NCBI GenBank assembly: GCA_965369865.1
Contig: CBDURU010000001.1
Span: forward strand, 1-64,000
Length of the DNA stretch: 64,000 bases
From: an uncultured bacterium
Lineage (GTDB): Bacteria; JAJVIF01; JAPKYR01
Direction of reading: 5' to 3'
Shown: in pieces, positions 11,078 through 20,981 of the stretch
How positions within the stretch are numbered: the stretch's first letter is position 1
Layout of the letters: each line of letters starts with the position of its first letter
Made by a program: the position numbers and the translations under genes
Notes under the pieces: model-generated
What the model was told of the DNA's origin: nothing
Seen by the model: the letters and a program-made list of their open reading frames with translations, nothing else
The model's database searches: none

Positions 11078-14000
11078 ATGAAAAATAGCAAAATCATCAT
11101 TCAATTGTCATTGCTATTCCTTATCCTGACAATAACCAGTTCTCATTCCCAGGTCCAGGAATATCCTAACGGGGAAATCCCTTTCAGATTCATCTCAATC
11201 ATAAAATGCGAAACCCCTCCAGTCATTGACGGAATACTCGATGATGATTGCTGGCTGAACGCTGACGAAGCCGCTGATTTTTATCTTCTGCATGAAGAAG
11301 GACCGGCGGAATACCAGACAATCGCTTATGCCACATACGATGATGAAAATATTTACATCGGATTCAATTGCGATGAGCCGGACACTGGCGCGCTTGTCAC
11401 CGATGAGACCGAACACGACCAGCAGGAATGCGACGACGATTGCGTCGAGGTGTTCCTGGATGTCAATCAGGATTACATCAACTATTTCCATTTCATTGTC
11501 AACTCGAAGGGCATGACGAGCGATGCGTCTGTCGAGCTCGTGGATGATTTCATCGATGTCTACTACGACTGGGATCCCGAATACGAAGTGCAAACTTCGA
11601 TTGTTGACGGACTATGGTTTGTCGAGATGGCGATACCGTTTACGGAGCTGATGACGGGAATTGTCAGACCAAGCGTATTTGAGGAGAGAAAGGAATCGGA
11701 ATGGTCGGCGTTTTCGCTTCTGGAGCCGCCATTTGTAACAAACGACACTGTATGGAATGTCAATTTTACGAGAAGGAAATGGACAGAACCGAACGAGCTT
11801 TCAAGCTGGGCTCCGGTATGCGATAAGTTCTATTCCCCGTATCAGTTCGGACATTTGATTTTTAATGAAGGTGAATGGCTCAGGGGAATTCCGATACGGG
11901 ATGCTGTTAAATATATACACAGGCAGGATGTGGAGGAAAAAAATACTCTCGAACAGAATCGCCTTATGCCCATCATCGAGGAAATCAGTTCTTACATACC
12001 CGATTGTAACTGGGTTGAGGTTTATCGCAGGAATATGTTCATGGGCTATGAAAGCGAGGCCGGTTCGATTCAAATTCCAAATTATGCCCGTCTCGACGGT
12101 CAGGGACGTATAGAGCTTGAGGAGACAATTCCGCTTCTTCCCGATGAAATCCTGGATGAGATAATCGCGAAGGATACTCCCAGGCTTGTCTTTGATAATG
12201 ACTCCCTTGCCGAATTGATTGAAAAAATTGACACAGATCCGAATGTCGAGGCCAAGTGGGTGGAGTTCAAGGAAAAGGCGGATGAGCTTCTGGAAGAGGA
12301 GGTTGTTGATTTTTTGGTCAATGACATGCAGCAGGACAGGAACTGCATTTCAAGGGAACATGCTATTGCGGTAGCGGCGGGATATGGATCGCTTGGCACA
12401 ATCAGGGCAAAATGTGCGTTTGCGTATGCGATAACGGGAGATGTCAGATACGCGGAGCAGGCATGGCGCGCGCAATCCATGTTAATTGACCATTTTGAAA
12501 AATACCAGGTGTTCAGAAGCGCTGAAAACTGGTACTCGATCTGGGATTCTTCTTATGAAGTCTACTCGTCAACATATTTTTATGACCTTGTCGCTGGTTC
12601 GGGAGTAATGACAAGAGATGATAAGGTTCGGCTGATTGAATTCATTCGGCGGATCGGGTACCGGGTCGATTACTGCGTCAGGTACTCCGAGATGGTCGGC
12701 AATCATCAGTACATGTGGACGGGCAATTTCGGCTGCATGGAATTGTATTTCCCCGAGTTTCCAGAGCGCGAGCGGTGGGCATCGGATGTGGAGAACAGGA
12801 TGCCGATGCTTTACGCGGACATTCTCACCGACGGCGGGCAGATCGAGCGCAGCCCGGGTCATCATATCTACGGCCTCAGCTTTCTCTGCAAGTATGTAAT
12901 CGCGACAAAATTACTGACTGGAGAGGATATTTTCAGCAGGGAATATGACGGTAAAAGCCTTGAGATGACACTGGACTGGATAGCGAAGATCGCGACACCG
13001 CTCGGTGAAACTCCCGCTTTCAATGATTCGAAAAGACCCATGATCGAAAGTCATGAATTTGTACTCGACATAATCAACATGTTTGACAGGGGAGATTATC
13101 TGTGTGCCGGAAAAATTGATACCGCGAATTTACCGTTGGAACATTTGATATCCGATACGGTCCAGCCGAGAGACCCGGATTTTACATCGGCCCTCCTGCC
13201 GGATACCGGTATTGCAATTATGAGGGACAGTTGGGACGAGGATTCGAAATATCTCCTGTTCGATTACGGTCCGCACGGCGCGTGGCACGGTCACTGGGAC
13301 AAGATGAATATCATCATGTACGCGGATGGTGTTCCGTGGGTTCTCGATGCTGGATCATCGCCGCACTATTGCGTATATATTGAGGAGCATAACAACTGGC
13401 ATAAACAGACGATCGCGCATAATACTGTAATGATCGACAACACAAGCCAGGAGTCGGTCACCGGAACGTTGCGAATATGGGAGACACAGGACGATTTCGA
13501 CCTGGTTTCGGCGAGTCATATTGGTTACGAGGGAATTATTCACACCCGGACGGTTTTTCATCCACGGGGAGAGTATTTCATCATTAATGACCACATCGAG
13601 TCATACGATTCGATGGAGCATGATTATTCATGGCTGCTTCATGTATATGCCGAACCGGTCTATTTCAATTTAGAAGGGGGCGATTTCAGGCAAGATGGAA
13701 ATGGCTTACTGGTAATAACGGCGGAGGATAGTGGTTTCACGTCGGTTGATCTGGAAGAAGGACTCTGTATCGATACGACATTTGGCCAGACCGAACAAGC
13801 CCGCGATGACGGCACATGGACTCCCGGTGATCCGGGCTGGGCGTATATTCCGTACATCAGTTTGAATTCAAGCACGGATGCCGAGGAAGTGAATTTCCTT
13901 GTTATTCTGTATCCATATACCGGAGAGACATATCCCTATTATATGTGCATAAAGAATACAAACAGGGAAAATAATGCTTGTGGATTCAGCCTGGTTTATG

Positions 14001-14209
14001 AGATCAGCCATGATACATACGGTGAGGATATCTACGGTGAAAAGAAACCCGGCGTTGACAGTTCCATGGAGATCGAACTGGACGGCATTCGAACCGATGC
14101 GGATTATTTTTTCATCAGGCTTATTGATGGGGAGATTGTGCAAGCCATAATGGTTGATGGTACTTACATGTTCTGGAATGGCATTGAGATAGAAGCAGAT
14201 ATTTATTAA
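11078..14209 (+). CDS. Secreted CBM9-like domain plus heparinase II/III-like polysaccharide lyase
   Basis: Signal peptide; PVIDGILDDDCW...DDCVEVFLD...EMAIPF (CBM9-like); GNHQ, DGGQIERSPGHH, HGHWD and AHNTVMID lyase motifs. Confidence 0.85.
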   Translation: MKNSKIIIQLSLLFLILTITSSHSQVQEYPNGEIPFRFISIIKCETPPVIDGILDDDCWLNADEAADFYLLHEEGPAEYQTIAYATYDDENIYIGFNCDEPDTGALVTDETEHDQQECDDDCVEVFLDVNQDYINYFHFIVNSKGMTSDASVELVDDFIDVYYDWDPEYEVQTSIVDGLWFVEMAIPFTELMTGIVRPSVFEERKESEWSAFSLLEPPFVTNDTVWNVNFTRRKWTEPNELSSWAPVCDKFYSPYQFGHLIFNEGEWLRGIPIRDAVKYIHRQDVEEKNTLEQNRLMPIIEEISSYIPDCNWVEVYRRNMFMGYESEAGSIQIPNYARLDGQGRIELEETIPLLPDEILDEIIAKDTPRLVFDNDSLAELIEKIDTDPNVEAKWVEFKEKADELLEEEVVDFLVNDMQQDRNCISREHAIAVAAGYGSLGTIRAKCAFAYAITGDVRYAEQAWRAQSMLIDHFEKYQVFRSAENWYSIWDSSYEVYSSTYFYDLVAGSGVMTRDDKVRLIEFIRRIGYRVDYCVRYSEMVGNHQYMWTGNFGCMELYFPEFPERERWASDVENRMPMLYADILTDGGQIERSPGHHIYGLSFLCKYVIATKLLTGEDIFSREYDGKSLEMTLDWIAKIATPLGETPAFNDSKRPMIESHEFVLDIINMFDRGDYLCAGKIDTANLPLEHLISDTVQPRDPDFTSALLPDTGIAIMRDSWDEDSKYLLFDYGPHGAWHGHWDKMNIIMYADGVPWVLDAGSSPHYCVYIEEHNNWHKQTIAHNTVMIDNTSQESVTGTLRIWETQDDFDLVSASHIGYEGIIHTRTVFHPRGEYFIINDHIESYDSMEHDYSWLLHVYAEPVYFNLEGGDFRQDGNGLLVITAEDSGFTSVDLEEGLCIDTTFGQTEQARDDGTWTPGDPGWAYIPYISLNSSTDAEEVNFLVILYPYTGETYPYYMCIKNTNRENNACGFSLVYEISHDTYGEDIYGEKKPGVDSSMEIELDGIRTDADYFFIRLIDGEIVQAIMVDGTYMFWNGIEIEADIY

Positions 14210-14224
14210 GGAGACAATATCATC

Positions 14225-16651
14225 ATGAGGAAAACATTGATATTCATCCTGACAGTATTCGCGGTGTCGATAATTTCTACGGGGTCGGCATTATCCGACG
14301 AGCCTATTGTTGTGGATGAGCCGGATGTAAGACTGGAAGCCGAGCTAAATCTGCATTTTATTACATTCAGCGAAGTTACATTATCGGATACCTATCTTGA
14401 AAATTGGCTGTATAAATATAACTACCTGCCCGGTTTGGAAATAATGACCGACGAGGAACTATTCGCCGTCATCGATCTTGACTGGCCGGGACTTGAATCG
14501 GTTAAGGCTGCGGTTGAGGCTGGAAATTACGAGGAAGCCAAGACCGCGCTGGTAATTTACTTCCAGAATCGACCCAGCCCGATTTACCTCGATCCTTATC
14601 CATTGAATCCGGATAGTGAACAGACATATCTTGAGAGATGCGAAGAATTACTTGCCAGTCCGGATTTTCCAAACTATGAATGGGATCGGGAAAGGCTCGG
14701 AAACGGAAGCAAGGACGCCTGGTGGAACTGGGTATCGCATCTGTATTATGCCTACCGTTATACAGGCGATATGAAACATCTTAATGGTCTGATGGATATG
14801 TTTTCGTTCTGGCACGAAACTGTCAGGCCGCCGGGGGGAATTCCGAGAATCTGGCTTACACCATCGTTCATTAATAACCCGTTTGACTCACATATTACCT
14901 CCTACAGACTTCACTACATATCCCATATGAATGAGCTGTTAACTGAGATCGGGCTTGATGAGATATCGGTGGATGAGAGAATCCCCCTGTATAAATCAAT
15001 CGTCGAACACGGACGTTTAATCATCGATGTAAATCCGGGCTTCAGGGCAGGGAATATTCAAATCTGCCATATGCTCAGACTGCTTGAAGCCGCAATATAT
15101 TTCCCTGAGTTCGAAGAATCCGGGGAATGGATCGATTACGCGTGGGAAAACCTCCTGAGACATGCCTGGCTTGATCTGTTTGACGATGGCGGGCTTTATG
15201 AAAGGTCAGCCGGATACAACAATGCCGTTGTCAGGTACTGGAGACGAATCCTCGAATTATCCCGGATAGCCGGACTGGAAGAGCCCGACTGGCTGGAGCC
15301 GAAGTTGAGGAATGCCCAGGAATGGTCCATGAAAGTATTTACGCCGATTTTAAATCTGCCGCCGGTGGGCGATGGCGGAATGGGCGGAGTGGATTACGCG
15401 ATTCCCGACCTGATCAACGGAGCGCTGGAATTTCCATGTCCGGAATTTAAATATTTCGTTGAGGACCATTACGATCAGTTAGAGGAAAGGGCGTATGAAT
15501 TGTATGGCGATGATGCGGATGATGTGCTTGCGGAACTTGACGCGATTGAATCGCACGAGCCGGATTATACCTCCTTGCTTCTTCCCGACACCGGATGGGC
15601 TGTAATGCGGTCGGGCTGGGATCGCGACGCGCTCTACATGCTTTTCGACTGGGGTTCAAACGAGCCTTGGCACGCGCATCGGGACGGCCTCGGGTTCAGC
15701 ATTTTCGCCTACGGTCAGCCTCTCATAATCGACTGTGGACACGGGGGAAGTTACGATTCCGACAGGTCGAAGGAATGGTACAAGGAAACAATTTCCCATA
15801 ACCTTGTGATGATTAACGGGATGAGCCAGCGGAAGGTCACCGACGGCGTCTGCGACAGTTGGGTGACATCCGACACCGCGGATTTTATCGACGCGATCCA
15901 TAACGGCTACAAATGGCTCGGCGCGGATTGCCGTAGAAAGATCACATTCGTCAAGCCATCGTACTGGATAATCACCGACAATCTTACAGAACCGATGTGC
16001 CAGACGACCGGATATCATGAATGCAAATGGCTCGCCCATTTCCAGCCTACTGAACTAACGATTAATGAAGCGACTATGAGCGTTAATACGAATAATCAGG
16101 ATGTGAACGCATTGGTAGTGCCGTCGCGACCTGAAAGCCTCGGGATTTATCAGTCCGAGGGCTGGTCGCTTACGCTGGACGGTGAAGTGGACGACGCGCC
16201 GTATATTGGCTACGAGAGAGAAGGCGATCTTCCAGTTGATTTCGAAGTTATTGTTTATCCATATGAAGGTACCGATGTTCCCAATGTGACGGTCGAGCGT
16301 CTTGACCTGGGTGCCGACAACTGGCGGTGCAAGGGTCTGGAAATCACAACTCCCGAGGGCGTCGATTACTACCTCGAAAGGCTTGACGCGAATTATTACT
16401 TCGTGGTCGATGAAGATAATGATTACCGCTCATATGGCGAATTCTCCTTTGACGGTGAAATGGCGCTTATCAGGGAGAGAGACGGTGAAATTTATTCAAT
16501 CTTTCTTGTCGGCGGCGGGAACCTGAGCAGCTATACTTTCCCGCTTGTGGTATGTACGGGCGATGTTGAATGGGTCGAGATACTTGTCGTTGACGACGCG
16601 GTTCTGATTAACGGTGATTACTTAGGGGAAGTGACGGTTATGCATCTCTGA
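14225..16651 (+). CDS. Secreted heparinase II/III-like polysaccharide lyase
   Basis: Signal peptide; IDLDWPGLESVK, DDGGLYERSAGYN, DTGWAVMRSGW, HAHRD, SHNLVMING. Confidence 0.88.
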   Translation: MRKTLIFILTVFAVSIISTGSALSDEPIVVDEPDVRLEAELNLHFITFSEVTLSDTYLENWLYKYNYLPGLEIMTDEELFAVIDLDWPGLESVKAAVEAGNYEEAKTALVIYFQNRPSPIYLDPYPLNPDSEQTYLERCEELLASPDFPNYEWDRERLGNGSKDAWWNWVSHLYYAYRYTGDMKHLNGLMDMFSFWHETVRPPGGIPRIWLTPSFINNPFDSHITSYRLHYISHMNELLTEIGLDEISVDERIPLYKSIVEHGRLIIDVNPGFRAGNIQICHMLRLLEAAIYFPEFEESGEWIDYAWENLLRHAWLDLFDDGGLYERSAGYNNAVVRYWRRILELSRIAGLEEPDWLEPKLRNAQEWSMKVFTPILNLPPVGDGGMGGVDYAIPDLINGALEFPCPEFKYFVEDHYDQLEERAYELYGDDADDVLAELDAIESHEPDYTSLLLPDTGWAVMRSGWDRDALYMLFDWGSNEPWHAHRDGLGFSIFAYGQPLIIDCGHGGSYDSDRSKEWYKETISHNLVMINGMSQRKVTDGVCDSWVTSDTADFIDAIHNGYKWLGADCRRKITFVKPSYWIITDNLTEPMCQTTGYHECKWLAHFQPTELTINEATMSVNTNNQDVNALVVPSRPESLGIYQSEGWSLTLDGEVDDAPYIGYEREGDLPVDFEVIVYPYEGTDVPNVTVERLDLGADNWRCKGLEITTPEGVDYYLERLDANYYFVVDEDNDYRSYGEFSFDGEMALIRERDGEIYSIFLVGGGNLSSYTFPLVVCTGDVEWVEILVVDDAVLINGDYLGEVTVMHL

Positions 16652-16763
16652 TGGTCATGTTTTTTCAGTCCGAGGCGTGCGCATTAACATAGATTTTTAT
16701 ATATCATTGTGCAAGACATGCCGGGATATCTTCAAGAGCGCGAGATTTTAAGGAGTAACGAGA

Positions 16764-17798
16764 ATGAGAATTTTTATTACCGGAGGGGCAGGTAATTTAG
16801 GCATTAACTTAATCCGCTATCTCCTGAGAAAGGGAGCATCAATTGTTTCATATGATATAGCCGAGTTTAATTATCCGGAGAAGGAAGTAATTGAAAGCAT
16901 CGCAGGAGATATTCGGGACGGAGGATTTCTTGAAGAATCAATGAGGGAGTGTGATATTGTTATTCATTGTGCTGCCGCTCTCCCGCTTTACAACAGGGAG
17001 GATATTTTCTCAACAGATGTCGATGGTGCAAGGAATGTTCTTGAAGCTGCCCACAAACACAAAGTGGATAGAGTCGTCTTCATCTCATCAACAGCGGTTT
17101 ACGGAGTGCCCGATCATCATCCTCTGCTCGAAACGGACGAGATGATCGGCGTCGGCCCATATGGAGAGGCTAAGATTTTAGCTGAAAAGGTCAGCGAAGA
17201 ATATCGCGCGAAGGGGATGTGCATTTCGGTTCTAAGACCTAAATCATTTGTTGGGCCGGAACGACTTGGTGTTTTTGCCATGTTTTATGATTGGGCGAAA
17301 GATGGAAAGAATTTCCCCTTGTTGTCAAGCGGCAAGAGTCGCTATCAGTTTCTTGATGTGGAGGATTTATGCGAAGCGATCTGGCTTTGCGTGATTGGGG
17401 ATAAGGAGAAGGTCAACGACATCTTTAATATTGGAGCGAAAGAATTTGAGACTATGAAAGAGGATTTTCAGTCGGTTTTGGATCGCGCCGGTTTTGGTAA
17501 AAGAATTATATGCTTTCCGGCCGGTCCGGTTATTTTTATGTTGAAGGCGCTGGAGAAGCTTAGGCTGTCGCCGCTTTACAAATGGATATACGGAACCGCT
17601 TCAAAGGAATCGTTCGTTTCAATTGAAAAGGCTGAGAGGATTCTTGGATTTAAACCAAAATATTCAAATAAGGATGCTTTGATTCGTAATTATGAATGGT
17701 ATTTGGAGAACTTCCAGAAGTTTGAGAATGCGGCTGGGATAACCCATCGGGTTCCCTGGAGCCAGGGAATCTTGAGATTCTTTAAATTTTTCTTCTAA
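16764..17798 (+). CDS. NAD-dependent epimerase/dehydratase (extended SDR)
   Basis: ITGGAGNLG, SSTAVYG and YGEAK. Confidence 0.9.
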   Translation: MRIFITGGAGNLGINLIRYLLRKGASIVSYDIAEFNYPEKEVIESIAGDIRDGGFLEESMRECDIVIHCAAALPLYNREDIFSTDVDGARNVLEAAHKHKVDRVVFISSTAVYGVPDHHPLLETDEMIGVGPYGEAKILAEKVSEEYRAKGMCISVLRPKSFVGPERLGVFAMFYDWAKDGKNFPLLSSGKSRYQFLDVEDLCEAIWLCVIGDKEKVNDIFNIGAKEFETMKEDFQSVLDRAGFGKRIICFPAGPVIFMLKALEKLRLSPLYKWIYGTASKESFVSIEKAERILGFKPKYSNKDALIRNYEWYLENFQKFENAAGITHRVPWSQGILRFFKFFF

Positions 17799-17812
17799 GA
17801 GTTGATAAATTA

Positions 17813-18568
17813 ATGAAAATCATCGATACACATGTCCATCTGTGCGATGACGAAAGTTTTCAACACACGCTTGATCTTGTGCGGTCGGCGGGCGTTGAAA
17901 AAATCGTCGTCTCCTGCCTTGAGCCGTGCGACGGTATTTACAAACCGACTCCGGATCAGTTCCGCGAGGATAACGCGCGTATTTACGAATGGAAGAGACG
18001 CGAGAACGGATTTGTCGAGGGCTGGATATATGTGAATCCCGAATATCGCGATGAATCACTCAATGAAATAGATCGCGGTGTGGATGAATACGGCTTTATC
18101 GGGATCAAGCTCGAGTGCGGATGTGTCTGCACCGATCCGCGATATCAACCAATTATGGAAAAGGCGGGTTCTCTCGGAATACCGATCCTTCAGCATACAT
18201 GGTTCAAGATAACGGGATGCATTCCGGGCGAGTCGGTTCCCACCGATGTCGCGGTTCTCGCGAAGGAATATCCGGATGTAAAAATCGTCATGGCGCATAT
18301 CGGCGGCGACTGGCAGCGCGGTATTAAGGCAATTCGCGGTTTCCCGAATGTCATGATCGATATCTCTGGGAGCATTGTCGACTGCGGAATGATCGAGATG
18401 GCGGTGGAGGAACTTGGCGTCGAGAGGATTTTGTTCGGAACCGACCTTCCCGATATCGGCTTCTGGTCAAATCTCGGAAAAGTTGTGGGCGCGGATATCA
18501 CAGACGAGCAGAAACATTTAATTCTCTACGAAAACGCAGTCAGGTTGCTGGGAGGTGGTTCCGAATGA
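17813..18568 (+). CDS. Amidohydrolase_2 family protein (HxH intact)
   Basis: IIDTHVH, GIKL, ILQH, MAHIGG, ILFGTD. Confidence 0.88.
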   Translation: MKIIDTHVHLCDDESFQHTLDLVRSAGVEKIVVSCLEPCDGIYKPTPDQFREDNARIYEWKRRENGFVEGWIYVNPEYRDESLNEIDRGVDEYGFIGIKLECGCVCTDPRYQPIMEKAGSLGIPILQHTWFKITGCIPGESVPTDVAVLAKEYPDVKIVMAHIGGDWQRGIKAIRGFPNVMIDISGSIVDCGMIEMAVEELGVERILFGTDLPDIGFWSNLGKVVGADITDEQKHLILYENAVRLLGGGSE

Positions 18569-19347
18569 TAGTGGATTTTTTCACAGGCATTGGGAATTGG
18601 CCGTTCAGGAAATTGAAATATGGTCAACCAGATCAGTTGATTGAATTGCTCGACAGAGAAGACATCGATCGAGCGGTTGTCTATTCGATAACATCGATAC
18701 TCGCGAAGGACTGTATGGAGGGTAATCGCGAGGTCGCGGAATCGTATCCGGAACGAATTATTCCGTTCGCTGTGATTAATCCCGCGTTCCCCGGATGGGA
18801 AAAGGATTTTAGAATTTGCTTTGATGAGATGGGATTCAGAGGTCTCCGGCTTTTTCCGACCTATCATGGATATGATCTCAATGACATATGCTTTTCAGAA
18901 ATAATCGTAGCGGCGAAGGAGAAAAGTATTCCTGTTGCGCTTGCGGTACGGGTCGAGGATGAGCGCCAGCATCACTGGCTTATGAAAGTCCCGTCTCTCG
19001 ATCTCATTGCGGCGGTTGAAGCGATAGGTAAATATCCGGAAGCGACTTTTATCCTGAGTGGAGCCAAGTATCCTGAACTATGCTTAATAAAGGAATCTCT
19101 TCAGCAATGCGACAACTGGTATTTCGACATCGGCAGGATGCAGGGACGTCATTCAAGTCCGGGTTCTGTAGAGGTGATTGTTCGGGCGGTTGAGGATTTC
19201 GGAGCGGAGAGAATGCTGTATGGAAGCAACGCGCCGTTTCAGTATGTAAAATCATCGCTGTTGAAGGTGCAGAACGCGTCGATCAGCGATGAAGAAAGGG
19301 AGATGATACTGTCGGGGAATGCATTGGGGATTTGTAAGGCAAAGTAA
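18565..19347 (+). CDS. Amidohydrolase_2-like protein lacking the HxH motif
   Basis: ATGA overlap with the upstream gene; GLRLFPTYHGY, MLYGSNAPF, ILSGNA; N-terminus DFFTG. Confidence 0.82.
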   Translation: MIVDFFTGIGNWPFRKLKYGQPDQLIELLDREDIDRAVVYSITSILAKDCMEGNREVAESYPERIIPFAVINPAFPGWEKDFRICFDEMGFRGLRLFPTYHGYDLNDICFSEIIVAAKEKSIPVALAVRVEDERQHHWLMKVPSLDLIAAVEAIGKYPEATFILSGAKYPELCLIKESLQQCDNWYFDIGRMQGRHSSPGSVEVIVRAVEDFGAERMLYGSNAPFQYVKSSLLKVQNASISDEEREMILSGNALGICKAK

Positions 19348-19962
19348 TTACCATTGTTTGGGTTTATGGAAATTCCCTTTTGAGTCACGTAAAATTGTAT
19401 CGAATTGACATTTACGTATTGCGCTTTCCCTAATAACACCGTAAGTGCTGGCAACATTTTTCAATTCGATGCTTACATGAGTAGAGGGGCTAAAGACTTT
19501 CACTGCTTTACCAAGTTGATTTTTTACCATTTTAATCGATTCGATAAAATCAGAGTCGCCTGTGAGAAGAACTGCCGTATCGTAAAGATTCATAAAGCCA
19601 TCACAAAGCAGATAAGTTGCCAGGTTGACATCCGACCCTTTTTCTTCCGTTGCCCGGATTTCCACCATCTTTCCGGACTTATCAGCAAGGGGTCTCATAG
19701 CCTTGCGTGTTAGGAATTTCCCATAATGTATCTCGACATTGGTCAGAGTCCCAAGGGCCCGTAGATACATCTGCTGCCTATTTGCTTGACCTGGATCGTT
19801 CGGTCGCGCTTTGACCTTTGCTGTAAAATACCTGATTAAACGAATATCAGAGCTGGGAAGAAGTATGCGACACAAAGCATCAATATTAAGCCATTTATAT
19901 GACGTGCCTTTTAGTGCACGATAGTAAAGGTTAAATCCATCAATGTAAACACAAGCTCTAAT
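19348..19962 (-). CDS. NYN/LabA-DUF88 (PIN-fold) ribonuclease, probable ATT start
   Basis: The frame extends upstream of the ORF-track start to IRACVYIDGFNLYY; EEKGSDVNLA and TGDSDF motifs; AGGAG 6 nt before ATT, with an in-frame TAG overlapping the SD. Confidence 0.88.
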   Translation of the reverse strand: MRACVYIDGFNLYYRALKGTSYKWLNIDALCRILLPSSDIRLIRYFTAKVKARPNDPGQANRQQMYLRALGTLTNVEIHYGKFLTRKAMRPLADKSGKMVEIRATEEKGSDVNLATYLLCDGFMNLYDTAVLLTGDSDFIESIKMVKNQLGKAVKVFSPSTHVSIELKNVASTYGVIRESAIRKCQFDTILRDSKGNFHKPKQW

Positions 19963-19974
19963 CGTATTCTCCTA

Positions 19975-20069
19975 AAACGCAAGAGCCACCTTAAGGTGGC
20001 CCCGCTCCCCTTCGCCGAAGCTCCGGGGGGGTGTACAATATATGTACAATATATTAACCATTTTGTCAA
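19975..20069 (-). ncRNA. Candidate structured leader / small RNA upstream of the NYN gene, with promoter and terminator-like hairpin
   Basis: TTGACA (20064-69)-N17-TACATA; CCCC..CUUC GGC GAAG GGG stem; GGGCCACC-UUAA-GGUGGCUC-UUGCGUUUU immediately before the SD. Confidence 0.5.
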
Positions 20070-20208
20070 GTAGACACGGAAGAAATGAAAAGCTGGAATG
20101 TCGTCCTCATAATGTAACAGATAATTGTGTATTAAAATTGCAGTCACATGATTTTTCGGGTAAATTATTCCGGCTGTATAAATATTTGCAATTGAAAGGA
20201 GCAGAGGG

Positions 20209-20976
20209 ATGGATAAGATTAAGGTTCTTTATATCGGCGACTCGGAAATCGTAATGAGCAGGTATATCATCGGCGCCGATGTTTTCGAGCAGGCGAATTT
20301 CAACGATAACGGTCATTTCTTCCGTGACGCGATGGCGAAACTTCCCGACATCGACGTGGAGCATATTATCGCTCACGATGTCCCTTATCAATTTCCCAAA
20401 ACACTCGATGAGCTTGAAAAATTCGATGTTATTATTTTCAGCGACGTGGGGTACAACTCGATGATCTTCTACACCGGCCTGAAACCGCCGTATGAGTATC
20501 CGCTCGGACCCGACAGGATAGGGATGGTGAAGGAATTTGTCGAGAATGGGGGCGGATTTCTAATGAGCGGTGGATATGTTTCGTTCGCGGGACTGAACGC
20601 TATCGCCGGATACTTCAACACACCAATCGAGGAGATCCTGCCGGTCAATATTTTCACTCACGATGACCGTGTCGAAGCTACCGGCGGTTTTATGTTTAAT
20701 GCTCTCGATAAGGATCATCCGATAATGGCGAACATCCCGTGGGATAACGCGAAATTTACGCTGTGCGGATATAACCAGGTCACATTGAAAGATGGCGCGA
20801 AACTTCTGGCTGAATATGATGGCGACCCTTTCATCACATGCTGGGAATACAAAAAAGGCCGAACCGCCACGTTCGCGTCGGATTTCGCCCCTCACTGGGC
20901 CGGAGATTTCATCGACTGGAAGTATTACCCGCAGTTCTGGGGCCAGATGATGAGATGGCTAGCGGGAAAAACGTAA
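20209..20976 (+). CDS. GATase1-like (DUF1355-type) protein
   Basis: FPKTLDELEKFDVIIFSDVG, GGGFLMSGGYVSF, SDFAPHW. Confidence 0.85.
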   Translation: MDKIKVLYIGDSEIVMSRYIIGADVFEQANFNDNGHFFRDAMAKLPDIDVEHIIAHDVPYQFPKTLDELEKFDVIIFSDVGYNSMIFYTGLKPPYEYPLGPDRIGMVKEFVENGGGFLMSGGYVSFAGLNAIAGYFNTPIEEILPVNIFTHDDRVEATGGFMFNALDKDHPIMANIPWDNAKFTLCGYNQVTLKDGAKLLAEYDGDPFITCWEYKKGRTATFASDFAPHWAGDFIDWKYYPQFWGQMMRWLAGKT

Positions 20977-20981
20977 TAAAA

